DNA of 48,119 bases, from the NCBI GenBank assembly GCA_018398765.1, contig JAHBMJ010000424.1, forward strand, positions 1 to 48,119, in the 5' to 3' direction. Under the pieces are notes generated by a model. It was given only the letters and a program-made list of their open reading frames with translations, was not told where the DNA came from and ran no database searches. The position numbers were made by a program, and so were the translations under genes. Each line of letters begins with the position of its first letter. Positions within the stretch are counted from its first letter, which is position 1. The DNA comes from Chromera velia (lineage: Eukaryota). This document shows, piece after piece, positions 46,973 through 48,119 of this stretch.

Positions 46973-48119
46973 TTTTTTTTTTTCTCTAGCCGGCGCCTAG
47001 GAGTTTTCTGTACTAAAGTAACCTAACATTTGAAGACACATTACGCCTGTATAACAGTGTATATTTTACTAGACTACGTACATAAGCTAGTACATAAGAG
47101 AAAACGGCGACAGTGCTCTAGGGCACCACTAAATCACTTATCACTTATATATTTATAATGACTAATAATTTACAACACAGAATTGGAGTGCATGCATGCA
47201 TGCGTGCGGGTAGCACTCTGCATATTAACATGCATTCCTTTAAACGCTCAGGTGCCAGTTTGAATCTGAGTAGTCTGAACGAGAGTCTGAACAGCCTAAA
47301 GAACAGCATGCAGACTTGCATGCTTTTTTGGAATCCCCCCACCCCTCGAGCACCTCTAGAGTTCCCTTCATCAGCCCCCTGCACGTGCGTGCGTACGCAA
47401 TCAACCTTCCATCATGTCCGTTACTTCCGTTTCCCTTTATCACTGTGCGGATCCTTTCACGAGCAGCTGCAGACAACCCGTGCGGCCGTACAAGCGCCCG
47501 GAGGAGCCTGTGTTGTCGCATCCTCACAAGCTCCCTTGCCACACAACCTGCCAGGTCCTGTGCATGAGTCCAAATCCATTCCCTCATGTGAAAATATCTG
47601 TCCAGCATCTGCACCACTTTCTTTCTCTTTACTTTGTCTCCGCACACCCATTTGATCAAATTCATAGCCTCGCGCAAAACAGAATCACAAGTGAGCGACA
47701 CTAACATCCCCCCTCCCGCTGCGTGAAAGGAAAGTAAACGAAAAGTGTCTCTGAGAAAGAAATAGTCAGCGACAGAGATTTTCGCATTTGAAGCTGTGCT
47801 CAAGACAGCGCGAACGAAAAACTCCCAAAATTGTGACGGTCCTTGGTAAACAAAAGTGTCAATCACAGACTGGGTCTCACGAAACGTGCAGGACCCCGAA
47901 ATCAAAAGCGGTTCTAAAAGGAACTTGCGAATCTTTTTGCGGTAAGGGAGTGAGCAGGGAAGGGGGAAAGATAAATCGTGCCTGTAGCTGAGGGCACGTC
48001 GATGGGAGAGAAAGCGGCAAAATGCCAACGACCCTCGAGAATCTCTTGTCCGCAAACCGTACCACTCTTTGTAACCAGAACAGATCCCCATCAGATTCAA
48101 TGCAACCTCTCCGAGTTCA
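46973..48119 (-). repeat. Inverted duplicate of 45457-46603 (3' half of the F-box-like gene, the LINE stub and the MITE left end), continuing beyond the window
   Basis: ORF pairs mirror about a constant coordinate sum of 93576 (e.g. 46336 and 47240) with identical translations. The arm begins right after a single N at 46972. Confidence 0.95.
47240..48119 (-). CDS. Partial second copy of the F-box-like protein (C-terminal ~290 aa)
   Basis: The translation of track ORF 47240-48100 matches the C-terminus of ORF 44639-46336. It may be an assembly duplicate. Confidence 0.5.
   Translation of the reverse strand, partial: ELGEVALNLMGICSGYKEWYGLRTRDSRGSLAFCRFLSHRRALSYRHDLSFPLPCSLPYRKKIRKFLLEPLLISGSCTFRETQSVIDTFVYQGPSQFWEFFVRAVLSTASNAKISVADYFFLRDTFRLLSFHAAGGGMLVSLTCDSVLREAMNLIKWVCGDKVKRKKVVQMLDRYFHMREWIWTHAQDLAGCVARELVRMRQHRLLRALVRPHGLSAAARERIRTVIKGNGSNGHDGRLIAYARTCRGLMKGTLEVLEGWGDSKKACKSACCSLGCSDSRSDYSDSNWHLSV

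Overview
Eukaryotic nuclear DNA with GT-AG introns, microsatellite-rich non-coding sequence, frequent TGCATGCA words and two N gaps. The composition and an ATP-synthase epsilon protein resembling apicomplexan ones suggest a chromerid-like alveolate (inference). Host genes: (1) last exon of a Hint/Vint-like protein (217-525, +); (2) intronless CCR4/nocturnin/PDE12-like EEP hydrolase (12644-14314, -); (3) 4-exon, ~2244-aa Pro/Gln-rich protein with a cryptic SH3-like module formed across a splice junction (21099-28930, -); (4) 3-exon, 70-aa mitochondrial ATP synthase F1 epsilon subunit not recoverable from the ORF track (35725-38677, -); (5) 5-exon membrane RING E3 ligase (39577-43011, +); (6) intronless F-box-like protein (44639-46336, +) with an apparently identical inverted partial copy running off the window end. 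Mobile DNA: a nested transposon cluster at ~1.7-9 kb built on a spliced, decayed RAG1/Transib-like transposase, interrupted by a 982-bp CTAG-ended TIR element with a perfect 8-bp TSD and carrying hAT-like remnants in a putative intron; a 5'-truncated, probably 5'-inverted LINE (32632-35261) whose 3' tip recurs as four short stubs; and a 241-bp CTAG-ended MITE with an 8-bp TSD. Family assignments come from motif recognition by eye; no searches were run.
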